Origin: Cyanobacteria bacterium RYN_339
GTDB lineage: Bacteria > Cyanobacteriota > Sericytochromatia > S15B-MN24 > JAQBPE01
Reading direction: 5' to 3'
Assembly: GCA_028287685.1 (NCBI GenBank)
Contig: JAQBPE010000080.1
Span: 1 to 63,687 of the forward strand
DNA length: 63,687 nucleotides
Of the stretch, positions 48,518 through 58,168 are shown piece by piece. The translations under genes were made by a program, and so were the position numbers. The notes beneath the pieces are model-generated. The model ran no database searches, had not been told where the DNA came from, and was given only the letters and a program-made list of their open reading frames with translations. Each line of letters starts with the position of its first letter. Positions within the stretch are counted from its first letter, which is position 1.

Positions 48518-49126
48518 GTGTCACCAGACGAGCAAGCGGAGCGTCAATTCTTATTGCGGTCTGCCCAGAAGGGCAACAAGGCCGCCTTCGAGAAGCTGAT
48601 CACCCCGCACCTTTCGAAGCTGTACAACCTGGCGTACCACTTGGTACAGCACCGGGATGACGCGGCGGATGCCGTCCAAGACACGGTGATCAAGGCTTTC
48701 CGCTCGATCCACGGGTTTCGCGAGGAGGCGGACCTCGGCACGTGGCTGAGTCGCATCCTCCGTAACACCATCCTGGACGAGGTGAAGCGCGCCGTGCGCC
48801 GCCACGAGGAAGCGACCGAGGTCCTTCCCGAGCGGGGCGAGCACATCACGGAGCCCGGGATGGAGAAGCGGGAGCTTCGGGACCTCATGCTCGGCTTCAT
48901 CAACGAGCTGTCCGACAAGCTCCGGGAACCGGTGGTGTTGTATGACCTGGAAGGGTTCTCTTACGAGGAGATCGCGGAGATCCTGGACATCAACATCGGC
49001 ACCGTGAAAAGCCGGCTGAGCCGGGGCCGCATGGCCCTCAGGGAGAAAATCCTGGCCCAACCGGAGAAGCTGAGCGGCTACCTGCCGCCTCAGCTCGCGG
49101 AGAGCCTGACCCGCGAGGCGAATTGA
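48518..49126 (+). CDS. ECF sigma factor
   Basis: Region 2 (DAVQDTVIKAF, TWLSRI..N) and region 4 (SYEEIAEIL...GTVKSRLSRGR). Confidence 0.93.
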   Translation: MSPDEQAERQFLLRSAQKGNKAAFEKLITPHLSKLYNLAYHLVQHRDDAADAVQDTVIKAFRSIHGFREEADLGTWLSRILRNTILDEVKRAVRRHEEATEVLPERGEHITEPGMEKRELRDLMLGFINELSDKLREPVVLYDLEGFSYEEIAEILDINIGTVKSRLSRGRMALREKILAQPEKLSGYLPPQLAESLTREAN

Positions 49127-49130
49127 GGTC

Positions 49131-50291
49131 GTGATGCGCTGCGAAGAGGCCCAAGGGCTGCTTTCTGACCACCTGAACGGTGCCCTGGCGCCGGCCGAGG
49201 CCGACGCGCTTGAAGCGCACCTCGCCGGCTGCCCGGACTGCCGGGCGGTGCTGGCGGAGCTGCGCTGGGTGGCGGGCCTCTTGCAGGGCGTGCCGCCGCT
49301 GGCGCCCCCCGCGGACCTCGGCAGCCGCATCCACTCCGCCCTGGCGGCACTTGGCGACGAAACCGAGCAAACCAGCGCGCCGCGCATCCCGTGCGACGAA
49401 GCCCAAGACTACTTTTCTGGTCATCTCGAAGCCGATCTCGACGCCTGGGAGGCCCGCGCCCTGAGCGGCCACCTGGAGGCCTGCGCGGACTGCCGCCTGG
49501 CGCTCCAGCAGCTCGAGGCCGTGAAGGCCCTGCTGCGCGCCGTGCCGCCGGAAGCGCTACCCAAGGGCTTCGAGACGCGCATCCATGCCGCCTTGATGGC
49601 GCTGGACGGCGATCTCCCGGCGACGTTGGGTTGCGACGACGTGCGCGAACGGCTGTCCGACCGCCTGGAAGGTGAGCTGGCCGGTCCGGAGCTGGCCGCC
49701 GTGGACACCCACCTGGAGGCCTGTGCCGAGTGCCGCCTGCAGGCCCAGCAGTTGGAGGCCGTCAAGGTCTTGCTGCGCGCGGTGCCCCGCGAGATCCTGC
49801 CCGCCGGCCTCGCGCCGCGCCTGCATGGCGCCCTGGAGGCGTTGCCGGCGGAGGGCGCCCTCACCTCGCCCTTGATCGCGCCCGTGCCGCTGAAGCGTAG
49901 GCTTAACTGGCCGTCCGCGGCCGTTGGCGCCGTAGCGGCCGCGGCCATGGTCTTCTTCTGGCACATACAGCCCACCAACTTGCCGCGCATCGAGACGGCG
50001 GCCGTCAGCACCAACACCAACGTGGCCGTGAACATCGGCTTTGACGTGGCATCCCGTGTCGAAGGCGTGACCTACCAGATCGACCTGCCGGAAGGCCTTC
50101 AGTTCGTGGACGACCACGGCAAGCCCATGCTCGCCCAGTCGGTGGCCTGGAAGGGCTCGTTGGAAGAGGGCAAGACGGTGGTGCCCATCATCGTGCGCGG
50201 CATGCGGCCGGGCAAGTACGAGATCCAGGCCTACGTCCGCAAGGGCGCAATGCGGCAGAAGACGACGATCGTCTTGCCGGTGACGGGGTAA
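49131..50291 (+). CDS. Anti-sigma factor with three tandem zf-HC2 (ZAS) domains, one TM and an extracytoplasmic beta domain
   Basis: HLAGCPDC, HLEACADC and HLEACAEC in about 80-aa repeats. Confidence 0.88.
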   Translation: MMRCEEAQGLLSDHLNGALAPAEADALEAHLAGCPDCRAVLAELRWVAGLLQGVPPLAPPADLGSRIHSALAALGDETEQTSAPRIPCDEAQDYFSGHLEADLDAWEARALSGHLEACADCRLALQQLEAVKALLRAVPPEALPKGFETRIHAALMALDGDLPATLGCDDVRERLSDRLEGELAGPELAAVDTHLEACAECRLQAQQLEAVKVLLRAVPREILPAGLAPRLHGALEALPAEGALTSPLIAPVPLKRRLNWPSAAVGAVAAAAMVFFWHIQPTNLPRIETAAVSTNTNVAVNIGFDVASRVEGVTYQIDLPEGLQFVDDHGKPMLAQSVAWKGSLEEGKTVVPIIVRGMRPGKYEIQAYVRKGAMRQKTTIVLPVTG

Positions 50292-50539
50292 TGACCATGC
50301 GCCTTCCCTTGGCAATTTGCCTGGTCCTGGCCTGTGCCGCACCCGGCTATGCCGCGCAGCCCACACCCACGCCGCGCCCCTTGCCGATCAACGGTGTCAC
50401 GGTGGACGTGCAGAACCGGGAAATTAATGGCCGGGCCCACATCGAGCGGCCGCCGTTCGCGATGCACCGCAGCCTCCACGCAGGCCCCCGCCCGCAGCGT
50501 CCGCACAAGCCCAAGCCCACCCCCACGCCCAAGCCGTGA
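50291..50539 (+). CDS. Small secreted Pro-rich protein
   Basis: Signal peptide; overlaps both neighbouring genes in operon fashion. Confidence 0.55.
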   Translation: MTMRLPLAICLVLACAAPGYAAQPTPTPRPLPINGVTVDVQNREINGRAHIERPPFAMHRSLHAGPRPQRPHKPKPTPTPKP

Positions 50540-51084
50540 CGGTGCTGCATCTCGGGGGGCGCACGGCGATCGATTTCGCGCTGCCGTACCCGCCGGAGGT
50601 GGCGTTCCGCTACTTCGCCCGCAACGAGGGCCTGCTGAAGCAGTTCTTGGGCGAGGACCGCGTCGACAACCTGGGTGACGGCGTCTACCGGGTGCGGTTG
50701 AACCCGCATGGGGCCCTGGGGCTGACGTTGCAACCCAGCTTCGACGTGGCCTTCATCGAGCACCCGCCCGACCGGGTAGAGATGAAGAGCCTGAGGGCCA
50801 GCCTGGTGGAGGCCTCGCACGATGATACCGGCTTCGAGGCCCGCTTCGAGGGCGAGGCGAACTTCAAGCAGGTGCCCGAAGGCACCTTGTTGCGTTGTTC
50901 CTCCCGCATGGACGTGGCCTTGACTCTGCCGGGCTTCCTCGCCTGGATGCCCGCCGCCCCGCTGGAAGCGTTGGGCAACGGGCTGATCCAGACCGCGATG
51001 GGGGCGCTGAGCCACCGGCTGGTGCCGTTGATGCAGCGCGACATCGCGAAGTGGGTGGTGGCTATGCCTCCGGCTGGCCGCTAA
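50536..51084 (+). CDS. DUF1997/SRPBCC-fold protein
   Basis: YRVRLNP...LPGFLAWMP..LEALGNGLIQ...RLVPLMQRD..W pattern. Confidence 0.7.
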   Translation: MTVLHLGGRTAIDFALPYPPEVAFRYFARNEGLLKQFLGEDRVDNLGDGVYRVRLNPHGALGLTLQPSFDVAFIEHPPDRVEMKSLRASLVEASHDDTGFEARFEGEANFKQVPEGTLLRCSSRMDVALTLPGFLAWMPAAPLEALGNGLIQTAMGALSHRLVPLMQRDIAKWVVAMPPAGR

Positions 51085-51205
51085 CGGCCTTGCGGAACTC
51101 CTGGATGGCGCGGCCGGACTCCCTGGCGAGCTGAGGCAGCTTCTGGGGCCCGAAGACAATGATGGCCACGACGGCAGCGACGCCGATGGTCACGGGGCTC
51201 AACAT
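51062..51205 (-). CDS. tatA: Twin-arginine translocase TatA/E subunit
   Basis: TM helix followed by IVFGPQKLPQLAR..GRAIQEFRKA. Confidence 0.85.
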   Translation of the reverse strand: MLSPVTIGVAAVVAIIVFGPQKLPQLARESGRAIQEFRKAVSGQPEA

Positions 51206-51207
51206 GC

Positions 51208-51621
51208 TTACCTCCTGGTTGCGCCCGTCAGGGCGATGAACGTGGCTTCGGTCTCGGGGAGCACCAGCAGGGACTGGGGCACCAGCTTGCCGGTGCGCGG
51301 GTCGAACTGGCCATAGAACTCGACGGGCTCGCCCGCCACCTTGGTCATCAGGTCGAACTGCAGGAGCTTGGGATCGTTCTCGTTCTCGTGGGGCGCCTCG
51401 ATCCACGGCTTGGCCGGGTCGAGGGCGATCTTGGCGCCCGGCTTGGCCTTGGCGACCAGCGCCTGGACCTGGGCGACCACGCCGTCCTTCGCAGCTTGCC
51501 CCTTCGCCGTCACCTGGGCGGCATACATCTTCTGGGCGACGACGCGCACGCCGGCAACGCCGACGGTGCCGCAGCCGGCCAGGAGCGAGAGCCCCAGGGC
51601 GGCGACAATGATCTTGTTCAT
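51208..51621 (-). CDS. Hypothetical lipoprotein
   Basis: MNKIIVAALGLSLLAGC lipobox; AGGAG RBS. Confidence 0.7.
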   Translation of the reverse strand: MNKIIVAALGLSLLAGCGTVGVAGVRVVAQKMYAAQVTAKGQAAKDGVVAQVQALVAKAKPGAKIALDPAKPWIEAPHENENDPKLLQFDLMTKVAGEPVEFYGQFDPRTGKLVPQSLLVLPETEATFIALTGATRR

Positions 51622-51632
51622 GGCTCGTCTCC

Positions 51633-52238
51633 TTAGTTGGCCGGCTTGGCCAGCACGATGTCGAACACGCCCGCCAGGCCGGCCCCGGCTTTCTGGAGCT
51701 TGATCACCAGCGAAGGCCGCGCGAAGGGGTCCTGGGCGATCCACGGATCGCCTTCGAAGTAGAGCTGGGTGGTGACGGGCACGAAGCCGGGGCAGCTCAC
51801 GATGTAGTGGATGTGGCGGGGGCGCATCACGCCAGGGCTCATCTCGTAGAGGCCGGGCAGGATCGAGTCGAAGGCATAATTGCCGTTGGCGTCCGTGCGC
51901 ATCTGGCCGCGCAGGTGGAAGTGGTCCGGGTCGGGCGGGTGGTTGTCGTCGTCGTTGTCGTAGTGGCCGTGGTCATCGGCCTGCCAGACGTCGACCACGG
52001 CGCCCTTCAGGGGCTTGCCGTTCGTGTCCAAAACGCGGCCCCGGATCTGGAGGGCCTGGCCGGGCTCGCCGGCCTCGACGAGGCGGGTCTTCCAGGGGGC
52101 GCCCTTGCGGTGGTAGGGGCCAAGCACCTGGGGAACGGTGGGCTTGGTCCAGGCCAGCGCCTGGGTGGCGCCCAGGGCCCAGAGTGCGGCGGTGCCCAAC
52201 CCGGTCGTGATGAACTGGCGGCGCGAGTTGGTTTCCAT
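51633..52238 (-). CDS. Tat-exported intradiol ring-cleavage dioxygenase-like protein
   Basis: SRRQFI Tat motif; GPY, DVWQAD..GHY, PGLY, RPRHIH, TTQLYF. Confidence 0.88.
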   Translation of the reverse strand: METNSRRQFITTGLGTAALWALGATQALAWTKPTVPQVLGPYHRKGAPWKTRLVEAGEPGQALQIRGRVLDTNGKPLKGAVVDVWQADDHGHYDNDDDNHPPDPDHFHLRGQMRTDANGNYAFDSILPGLYEMSPGVMRPRHIHYIVSCPGFVPVTTQLYFEGDPWIAQDPFARPSLVIKLQKAGAGLAGVFDIVLAKPAN

Positions 52239-52357
52239 CGTAGCTCCGTCCCTTCTTAACGTAGGGTTTTAATTTCCTTAACCTAGAACAGGATAAGCGA
52301 TGGAGTTCGTTTTGGAAAACAGCCTTTCATTGATCGCATATCAACCAGTGGTTGATA

Positions 52358-52675
52358 TTAGTTCGCGATGAAGATGGAGTGCTCGGCCTTGAGCAACACG
52401 CCGTTGTCCGCGCCCCGGGCGATGATGCCCAGCGTTTGCAGGCCGTTGGCAAGCTTGGTGGAGTCGATCTGGAAGACGAAGCCGTCCGAGCCGTCCGTAT
52501 CCTTGCCCACGGTCTTGCCGCCCACCTGGAACTCCACGGTCTTGGCCCCTTCGACGGTCGGCGTCCACTTCAAGTCGATTGCCCCGGTGACCACGGCGTA
52601 AGGGGCGGCCGTGTTGGTGACCTGGCCGTCGCAGCCGGCGAGGGCGAAGATGGCCGTTAGCAGCATAGCGCGCAT
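52358..52675 (-). CDS. Small lipoprotein with an Ig-like (Big) domain
   Basis: LAGC lipobox; VEFQVGG...IDSTKLANG. Confidence 0.7.
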   Translation of the reverse strand: MRAMLLTAIFALAGCDGQVTNTAAPYAVVTGAIDLKWTPTVEGAKTVEFQVGGKTVGKDTDGSDGFVFQIDSTKLANGLQTLGIIARGADNGVLLKAEHSIFIAN

Positions 52676-54073
52676 CTAGAACCTCCAGTCCACGGAGAGC
52701 TCGGGCCCATGAGCCGTATGGGAGAAGTCGTTGCGGTAGCCCGTCATGTAGTCGTATCGGTACGCGGCGCGCACCACGACAGGCTTGGCCGGGCGCCAGC
52801 TGATCCCGATGGAGGCACCATACCCGAACATCGGCGCCAGCGGTGTGACGGTGTCATCGCCCACCACGAAGATGCCGGGCTTGGCCTCCAAGTCCAAGTC
52901 CGCACGCAGGGCCGGCGCCACCACGTAGCCGGCCGTCGCGCTCATGGTGGGTCCATGGTAGCCTCGCGACGGGGCCGAAAGGCGAGGGGAGGACAAAGAA
53001 GGCGGGCGGTTGCTGGCCACGGACACTTGTTGATAGGCGTAGCCCAGGCCCACGGCGACACGTGCAAATTCGAACGGCAGGGTGTAGCCGCCGCCCAACT
53101 TCAAGTCGAACTCGTCGCGGTGGTGGCGGCTATCCGGCGCCTGCTTGTCGGTAATCGTGTACGCGTCATAAGCGAAGCGCCCAGAGGCGTACCAGGTATC
53201 GTCCAGGTCGTACCAGCTGGTCAGCCCCAAGCGCGTGACCAGGGCCGGCGCGAAGTCCAGCCCGCCGGAAGGATCGCTCTCGCCGATGAAGGTGGGCCCG
53301 GCGAAGATCGCGGCGTAGCGGCTGGGGCCCGGCCGGCGAGGCGGCTCCACCAGCTGTGAGGGGTCGGGCACCTGGTCGAAGGGGATCGGGCCGTTCGGGA
53401 ACAGCACCGGCGCGTTGGGGTAGCCCGTGGCCCGGCCGGGCGTGGGCATGGGTTGAGGGTAGGGTCCCCCCGGACCTCCCTGTTGGCCTGGCGCGGGGTA
53501 GCCTTGCTGCCCCTGGTAGGGCGCGCTCCCGTAGGGCGTGCTCCCCTGGTACGGGGCGCCCCGGCCGGGCGTGATCTCCATGGAGTTCACGCCGCCGTTG
53601 TTCTCTACCCGCACCTGGTACTCCTGGCCGCCTCCCGGGAACATCAGGTTGTAGATCACCATCCCGCTTGGCGCACCGGGCACGGCAGGTGCCGTCAGGC
53701 GTTGCGTCTGGCCTGTGGTTTGTGTGGGTGCTGGGATGAAGGTTGGCGGCGGGCCGACGTACGTGCCCGGCCGCTGGACGGGGCCCGTATAGGTCGAAGG
53801 CCGCTGCGGCGGGCCCGTCACCCCGGGCGGCAGCGGCGAGACCGGTGAGGGCGCCGGCGCCGGCACATACAGGGGCTGGGGCGTGCGCAGCCCGGCCACC
53901 GTGGGCGCGGACGCCGGCGCCGGGGTGGCGGTCGGGACGCTGGATGGGGCGGCCTGCAACGGCACGGGCCGCTGGATCTCGTAGGCTTCCACGCGAAGGG
54001 CCCCCACGCCAGGGGCGAGGGAGGCCAGTAGGATCAAGAGGCGCGGACGCCAGTTGGGCCAAGGGGGGGGCAT
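52676..54073 (-). CDS. Pro-rich N-terminus plus outer-membrane beta-barrel protein
   Basis: Signal-like N-terminus, long Pro/Gly/Gln linker, amphipathic strands, C-terminal VDWRF beta-signal. Confidence 0.65.
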   Translation of the reverse strand: MPPPWPNWRPRLLILLASLAPGVGALRVEAYEIQRPVPLQAAPSSVPTATPAPASAPTVAGLRTPQPLYVPAPAPSPVSPLPPGVTGPPQRPSTYTGPVQRPGTYVGPPPTFIPAPTQTTGQTQRLTAPAVPGAPSGMVIYNLMFPGGGQEYQVRVENNGGVNSMEITPGRGAPYQGSTPYGSAPYQGQQGYPAPGQQGGPGGPYPQPMPTPGRATGYPNAPVLFPNGPIPFDQVPDPSQLVEPPRRPGPSRYAAIFAGPTFIGESDPSGGLDFAPALVTRLGLTSWYDLDDTWYASGRFAYDAYTITDKQAPDSRHHRDEFDLKLGGGYTLPFEFARVAVGLGYAYQQVSVASNRPPSLSSPRLSAPSRGYHGPTMSATAGYVVAPALRADLDLEAKPGIFVVGDDTVTPLAPMFGYGASIGISWRPAKPVVVRAAYRYDYMTGYRNDFSHTAHGPELSVDWRF

Positions 54074-54129
54074 GCCCCCCGATCCTACCGTTATGTCAAG
54101 CGTGGGGCAGTGATTGGTGGCACCACAGC

Positions 54130-55986
54130 TTAGAACCAGCCTCGCACCGGGACGGTCGGCGTGGGCTGCGGCGTAGGCAACGCCGTTGGGGCGGCGGCGG
54201 GCCCCAGCTGCGGCACCAAGAACAGGCGCTTGTTGGCCTGGTCGTCCAGCACGTCCACGTGACCGCCGAAGGGCAAGGTCATCGAGACCCGCACGATGTT
54301 CTGCTCCGGGCGCTTGGCCATCAGCCAGAACGTGAGGAGGGGGAAGTTGGGTACCGCCTGCGTCTGCACGCCGACCGGCGTGATCGCGGCGTTCAGGAAA
54401 TCGATGTAGGCCGTGCCGGGCGCGACGTTCTCCACCACGAACATCGGGGTGGTGCCGTAATAGGGGATGGCGACCGCGTTGGTCTTGGCATCGTAGGCGC
54501 CGCGCATGAACACCGTGGTGACCTCCGTGCCGGGCGGAGGCGGCGCCTTCTCCAGCGCGCTGAGCAGCTGCGGGATCAGCAGCAACTCCCGGCGGATGCC
54601 GTCCACGGCCACCAACACCTCGCCGCGCTGCTGGAGGTTGAGCGTGACGCGGAAGACCTCTTCCTTGAGGTTGTCGGCCGCCAGCCAGTTCGTGAGCAAC
54701 GTGGGCTTATCGAAGGTCTGCATCACGGCCTCCTTTTCCCCGGAGCGGGCGGTTGGGAAGTCGACGTACAGCACGGTGCCACCCGCCTGGGCCAACGAGT
54801 AGGCCGGGACGTCACCCGTGAAGGGCAGCACCAAGGCCTGGCGGCTGGGGTCGAAGTACATGCCCTTGAAGGCCGTCTTGACGACGCGAGGCGCGCGCGG
54901 GGTCGGCTTGGGCGTGGGCCGTGGCGTCGGCGTGGGCGAAGGTTCCGGCGGCGCGACCCACGGCTGAGGGCGCTGCAAGGGCGGGGTGCCGCGCGGCGCC
55001 GGCGTTACCTTGAACGGCGCGGGGGTCGGCAGGCCGATCTGGGGTGTCTGCACCGGGTAGGGCGTCATCGCCGGTTCGGGCGTGGGCAAGTAAGCCGGGG
55101 TCGGCCTGGGCGTCGGCGGCGGGGTCACACGGGGCGTGGGCCTGGCCGTTGGGCGTGGCGTGGGTTTGGCCGTGGGCTTCGCGGTGGGCCGTGGCGTGGC
55201 CTGGTTGGCGGTGGCCCGTTCCCGGATCCACAGCATGTGCTGGTCCGGCTTGAGCTGCCCGGCGAGGTCGATCATCCGCTTGCGGCGCAAGCGCAACCGG
55301 GTGATGTCCTGGCCCGCTACCTTCAGGAGCTCCCAGCGGTCGAAATCCGGCCCTGTCAGCGTGCCGGTGCGCGGCTTGCCCTGGATCGGTTCGGCCGGCT
55401 CGAAATCGAGCTCCACCCAGCTGGGGTCTTGCGCGTTGATGCGGCTGTGGAAGTGAGTGAAGGCGCCCTGGTAGGGCAGTACCAGGATGTCACGCGTTGG
55501 GCCCATGTAGGGTGTACCGACCACCATGCGGGAGCCGGCCGGCGGCGGCGTGGGGGCGGCGGCGGCCGCGCCACGGCCAAAGGGCCAGATCGTCAGCCGG
55601 TGCCCGGCGTTGTCCACCAAGAACTCCGGATGCCCCGCGCGCTTCAGTTCCCACGAGATCCGCACGGCGTCGTGGTCCGGCCGGTTGGCCATGGTGAACT
55701 TGAGCACGTCCGTGCCCGGCTTGACCAGTTGCAGCCCCTTGCCCGTCAGGTGGGCGTTGTCCATCTCGTAGTACTGGTGATCCGGCGCCAGCTCGAAGAG
55801 GGCCGGCTGGGGAGCGGGACCGTGGAAGGGGATGGTGATGGCGTTATGGCGTGGATCGAACTTGGCTTCGTCGAAGAGCGTCTGGCGAGCGGCCGGGCCC
55901 CCGCCGTTGCCGGCCGCTTCCGGGGCGAAGGCCATGACCAATCCCACCGCCAGCACCGCGACCAGGGCCGGGGAGGTTGCGCGCAT
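54130..55986 (-). CDS. Secreted protein with four AMIN-like repeats and a TPxP linker (paralog of 18788-21064)
   Basis: FDPRHNAITIPFHG, TRDILVLPYQG, FDPSRQALVLPFTG, YDAKTNAVAIPYYG; shares WxMAKRP and LLLIPQ with the paralog. Confidence 0.7.
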   Translation of the reverse strand: MRATSPALVAVLAVGLVMAFAPEAAGNGGGPAARQTLFDEAKFDPRHNAITIPFHGPAPQPALFELAPDHQYYEMDNAHLTGKGLQLVKPGTDVLKFTMANRPDHDAVRISWELKRAGHPEFLVDNAGHRLTIWPFGRGAAAAAPTPPPAGSRMVVGTPYMGPTRDILVLPYQGAFTHFHSRINAQDPSWVELDFEPAEPIQGKPRTGTLTGPDFDRWELLKVAGQDITRLRLRRKRMIDLAGQLKPDQHMLWIRERATANQATPRPTAKPTAKPTPRPTARPTPRVTPPPTPRPTPAYLPTPEPAMTPYPVQTPQIGLPTPAPFKVTPAPRGTPPLQRPQPWVAPPEPSPTPTPRPTPKPTPRAPRVVKTAFKGMYFDPSRQALVLPFTGDVPAYSLAQAGGTVLYVDFPTARSGEKEAVMQTFDKPTLLTNWLAADNLKEEVFRVTLNLQQRGEVLVAVDGIRRELLLIPQLLSALEKAPPPPGTEVTTVFMRGAYDAKTNAVAIPYYGTTPMFVVENVAPGTAYIDFLNAAITPVGVQTQAVPNFPLLTFWLMAKRPEQNIVRVSMTLPFGGHVDVLDDQANKRLFLVPQLGPAAAPTALPTPQPTPTVPVRGWF

Positions 55987-56063
55987 ACGTTTCCTTGGGG
56001 TCAGGGTTCGCTATTTTAGTTCAAGCAAGCGAAAAATGCGACGCCGGCGGCGCGCCGGGCGCG

Positions 56064-57032
56064 TTATGGAGCCGGCGTCGAGGTTGGCGTGGGGGTAGGC
56101 GTGGCCACGGGAGCGGCGCTGCCGGAAGCATCCACGCCCACGTCCACGGATGCCGTGCCGATCACGCTCAGCTTCAACAGGCCGGTCCCGACCAGGTGGT
56201 CGAACGGATCGTAGGCCCGCGACGTCAGCATGAAGCCTGCCTTGGTATTCCCTGCCACCAACTTGGTCGGCACGAATTCGCCGGAAGGGTTGACCGGCCG
56301 CCATTGGAACTGGTCGAGAGCCGGTGCCGTCAAGGAAGCTACCTGGGCCACTTCCTTGCCATCGCCGTAGGCCTCCCCCGTGATCTGGACTTCGACGCGC
56401 GCCACGCCTGGTGCGGCCTTGGTGACCCCCGTAGAGACGGCCAGGGTCGCGCCCTTGACGATCACGTTGTCGGAAACGTTGATGCTGTCGCTGGCACCGA
56501 TCAGGAACGGCGCCTGGGCGTCGGCGATCATGGGGATATCCAGGTTGTTGGACCCTGGCCGAATGGCGGTGTGGTCCACTTCGCCGCTGGCCACGATGCG
56601 GCCATCCTTGTCGGTCAAGTAAATCCGCACCGTAAAGTCCGATGACGGTGGTAGGCGGCTCAGGATAGGCAGGGCCGAGCGGCCCCGCGCGTCGATCTGA
56701 TCGGCTGCCAGGGAATTGGTGATGACCGCGTCTGCCACGGATGAGCTGGCTGCCGTCACATACACCTGCGCGAAGGCGGGCAGGGGTGCGGGCAAGCTGT
56801 TGGCATCATTGGGATCTGCCGGCTGGATCAAATGGACGGCCAGCGTGCCGAAATTGGCCACGAGCGAGAGGCCGCTTGTGGACTGGAGCTGCAGGAAGCC
56901 AGACGGCGTGTGCAGCGTGTCCACGCTAATCGGGGTGCCGCCACCCAACCTACAACCAGCAAGGAGACAAGCAGCAAAGACAAGGCCGCCGGCAAATCTA
57001 AACCGGCGGCTTCCGAATGCATGGGCCGTCAT
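56064..57032 (-). CDS. Hypothetical lipoprotein, beta-rich (paralog family)
   Basis: LAGC lipobox; similar to 57065-58054. Confidence 0.7.
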   Translation of the reverse strand: MTAHAFGSRRFRFAGGLVFAACLLAGCRLGGGTPISVDTLHTPSGFLQLQSTSGLSLVANFGTLAVHLIQPADPNDANSLPAPLPAFAQVYVTAASSSVADAVITNSLAADQIDARGRSALPILSRLPPSSDFTVRIYLTDKDGRIVASGEVDHTAIRPGSNNLDIPMIADAQAPFLIGASDSINVSDNVIVKGATLAVSTGVTKAAPGVARVEVQITGEAYGDGKEVAQVASLTAPALDQFQWRPVNPSGEFVPTKLVAGNTKAGFMLTSRAYDPFDHLVGTGLLKLSVIGTASVDVGVDASGSAAPVATPTPTPTSTPAP

Positions 57033-57064
57033 GGCTAGTTTTGATCTCCAGCCACGCTTCCCAT

Positions 57065-58054
57065 TTATTGGACCGAGACGCTGACGGTAGGTTTGGTGTA
57101 AATGTTGATCGGGATGACTGCCTTACCAACGTCGTTGACGCCGTCCAGGATGTGGTAGGCACGGAACTCGATGTTCCCCGTCTTCGGGAGGGCCAGGTTG
57201 CCACCCACCAGCGTGGCGGACAAGTAGGTGCCGGGTGCGACCGCATTCACGTTGCTATTCCACGTAAAGCTGGCGAAGTTCGCCGGGTTGGTGATGCGGC
57301 CCAGGATGGCCGAGCCGCCGCCATAGGCCGCGCCGTTGATCACGGCATCGACGTGGTCGACACCGGGGGCGTTGGCCTGGATGCCCGTGTTGAAGTCGAT
57401 CTGATCGCTCTTCACGATGTAGCCATCGGAGACGACGTTCTTGAACGACGAGGACGCCGCAACGATGCTGTAGCTGGACTCGTTGGCATTCAGCGACAAG
57501 GTGAAATTGATGGTGTTGGCACCGGCATCCAGCGTGACCGCCGTCTGCTGCTGCGAAGCCGCCAGGCGCAGCGGGATGGTGGCGCCGACGTCGTTGCGCA
57601 AGAAACAACGGGCCACGTAGTCATTAGCAGGGCGCAGCGGTGGGAAGTTGGCCGCACCCGTCAGGGGCAACCCGAAGAAGAAGCCCTGGGGGATCACCTG
57701 GCTGTGCGTCGCGCTCACGTAGCCGGTATTGGCCGTGGCGGAGAACAGCGTGACTAGCGCATCCGTCCAGGCGCCGGGCAGAGCCTCCAGGTGGAACTTG
57801 GGGATTGCCGGCGGTTGCGCGATCGTCAGGCGCACTTGCACATGCGACATTCCGTCGCCGGGATCGCCACTGTTTACCCCTGTGATTTTGGGAGTGCCGA
57901 AAGCGGTCGCGTTGGCCGCCCTGGCTTGCGCGGGCGTCACCGCTAGGCCCGTCTGAGCGACTGCCTCACCTGGCACCACGCCGAGCTTGCATCCGACGCT
58001 GAGGCCCGCGGCAAGCAAGACGGCGGTACGGAGGACCAATCGGGAATTTTGCAA
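57065..58054 (-). CDS. Hypothetical lipoprotein, beta-rich (paralog family)
   Basis: GGAGGAGG RBS then TTG 58054; SVGC lipobox. Confidence 0.7.
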   Translation of the reverse strand: MQNSRLVLRTAVLLAAGLSVGCKLGVVPGEAVAQTGLAVTPAQARAANATAFGTPKITGVNSGDPGDGMSHVQVRLTIAQPPAIPKFHLEALPGAWTDALVTLFSATANTGYVSATHSQVIPQGFFFGLPLTGAANFPPLRPANDYVARCFLRNDVGATIPLRLAASQQQTAVTLDAGANTINFTLSLNANESSYSIVAASSSFKNVVSDGYIVKSDQIDFNTGIQANAPGVDHVDAVINGAAYGGGSAILGRITNPANFASFTWNSNVNAVAPGTYLSATLVGGNLALPKTGNIEFRAYHILDGVNDVGKAVIPINIYTKPTVSVSVQ

Positions 58055-58168
58055 AATGCACCTCCTCCAGAGCCCGGTAGCACCTTGACTACCTCTCAGC
58101 CTCATACCACCAAGCAGCGAATTTCTCACTTGCCCGATCTTGGGGTACATGGAGCCTCGGAGGGCAGC

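Noticed and set aside
54890-55200. 12-nt-period repeats (and those at 20090-20164) considered as a CRISPR or VNTR element
   Set aside because: Degenerate coding repeats for TPxP/AKP linkers, with no repeat-spacer structure and no cas genes.
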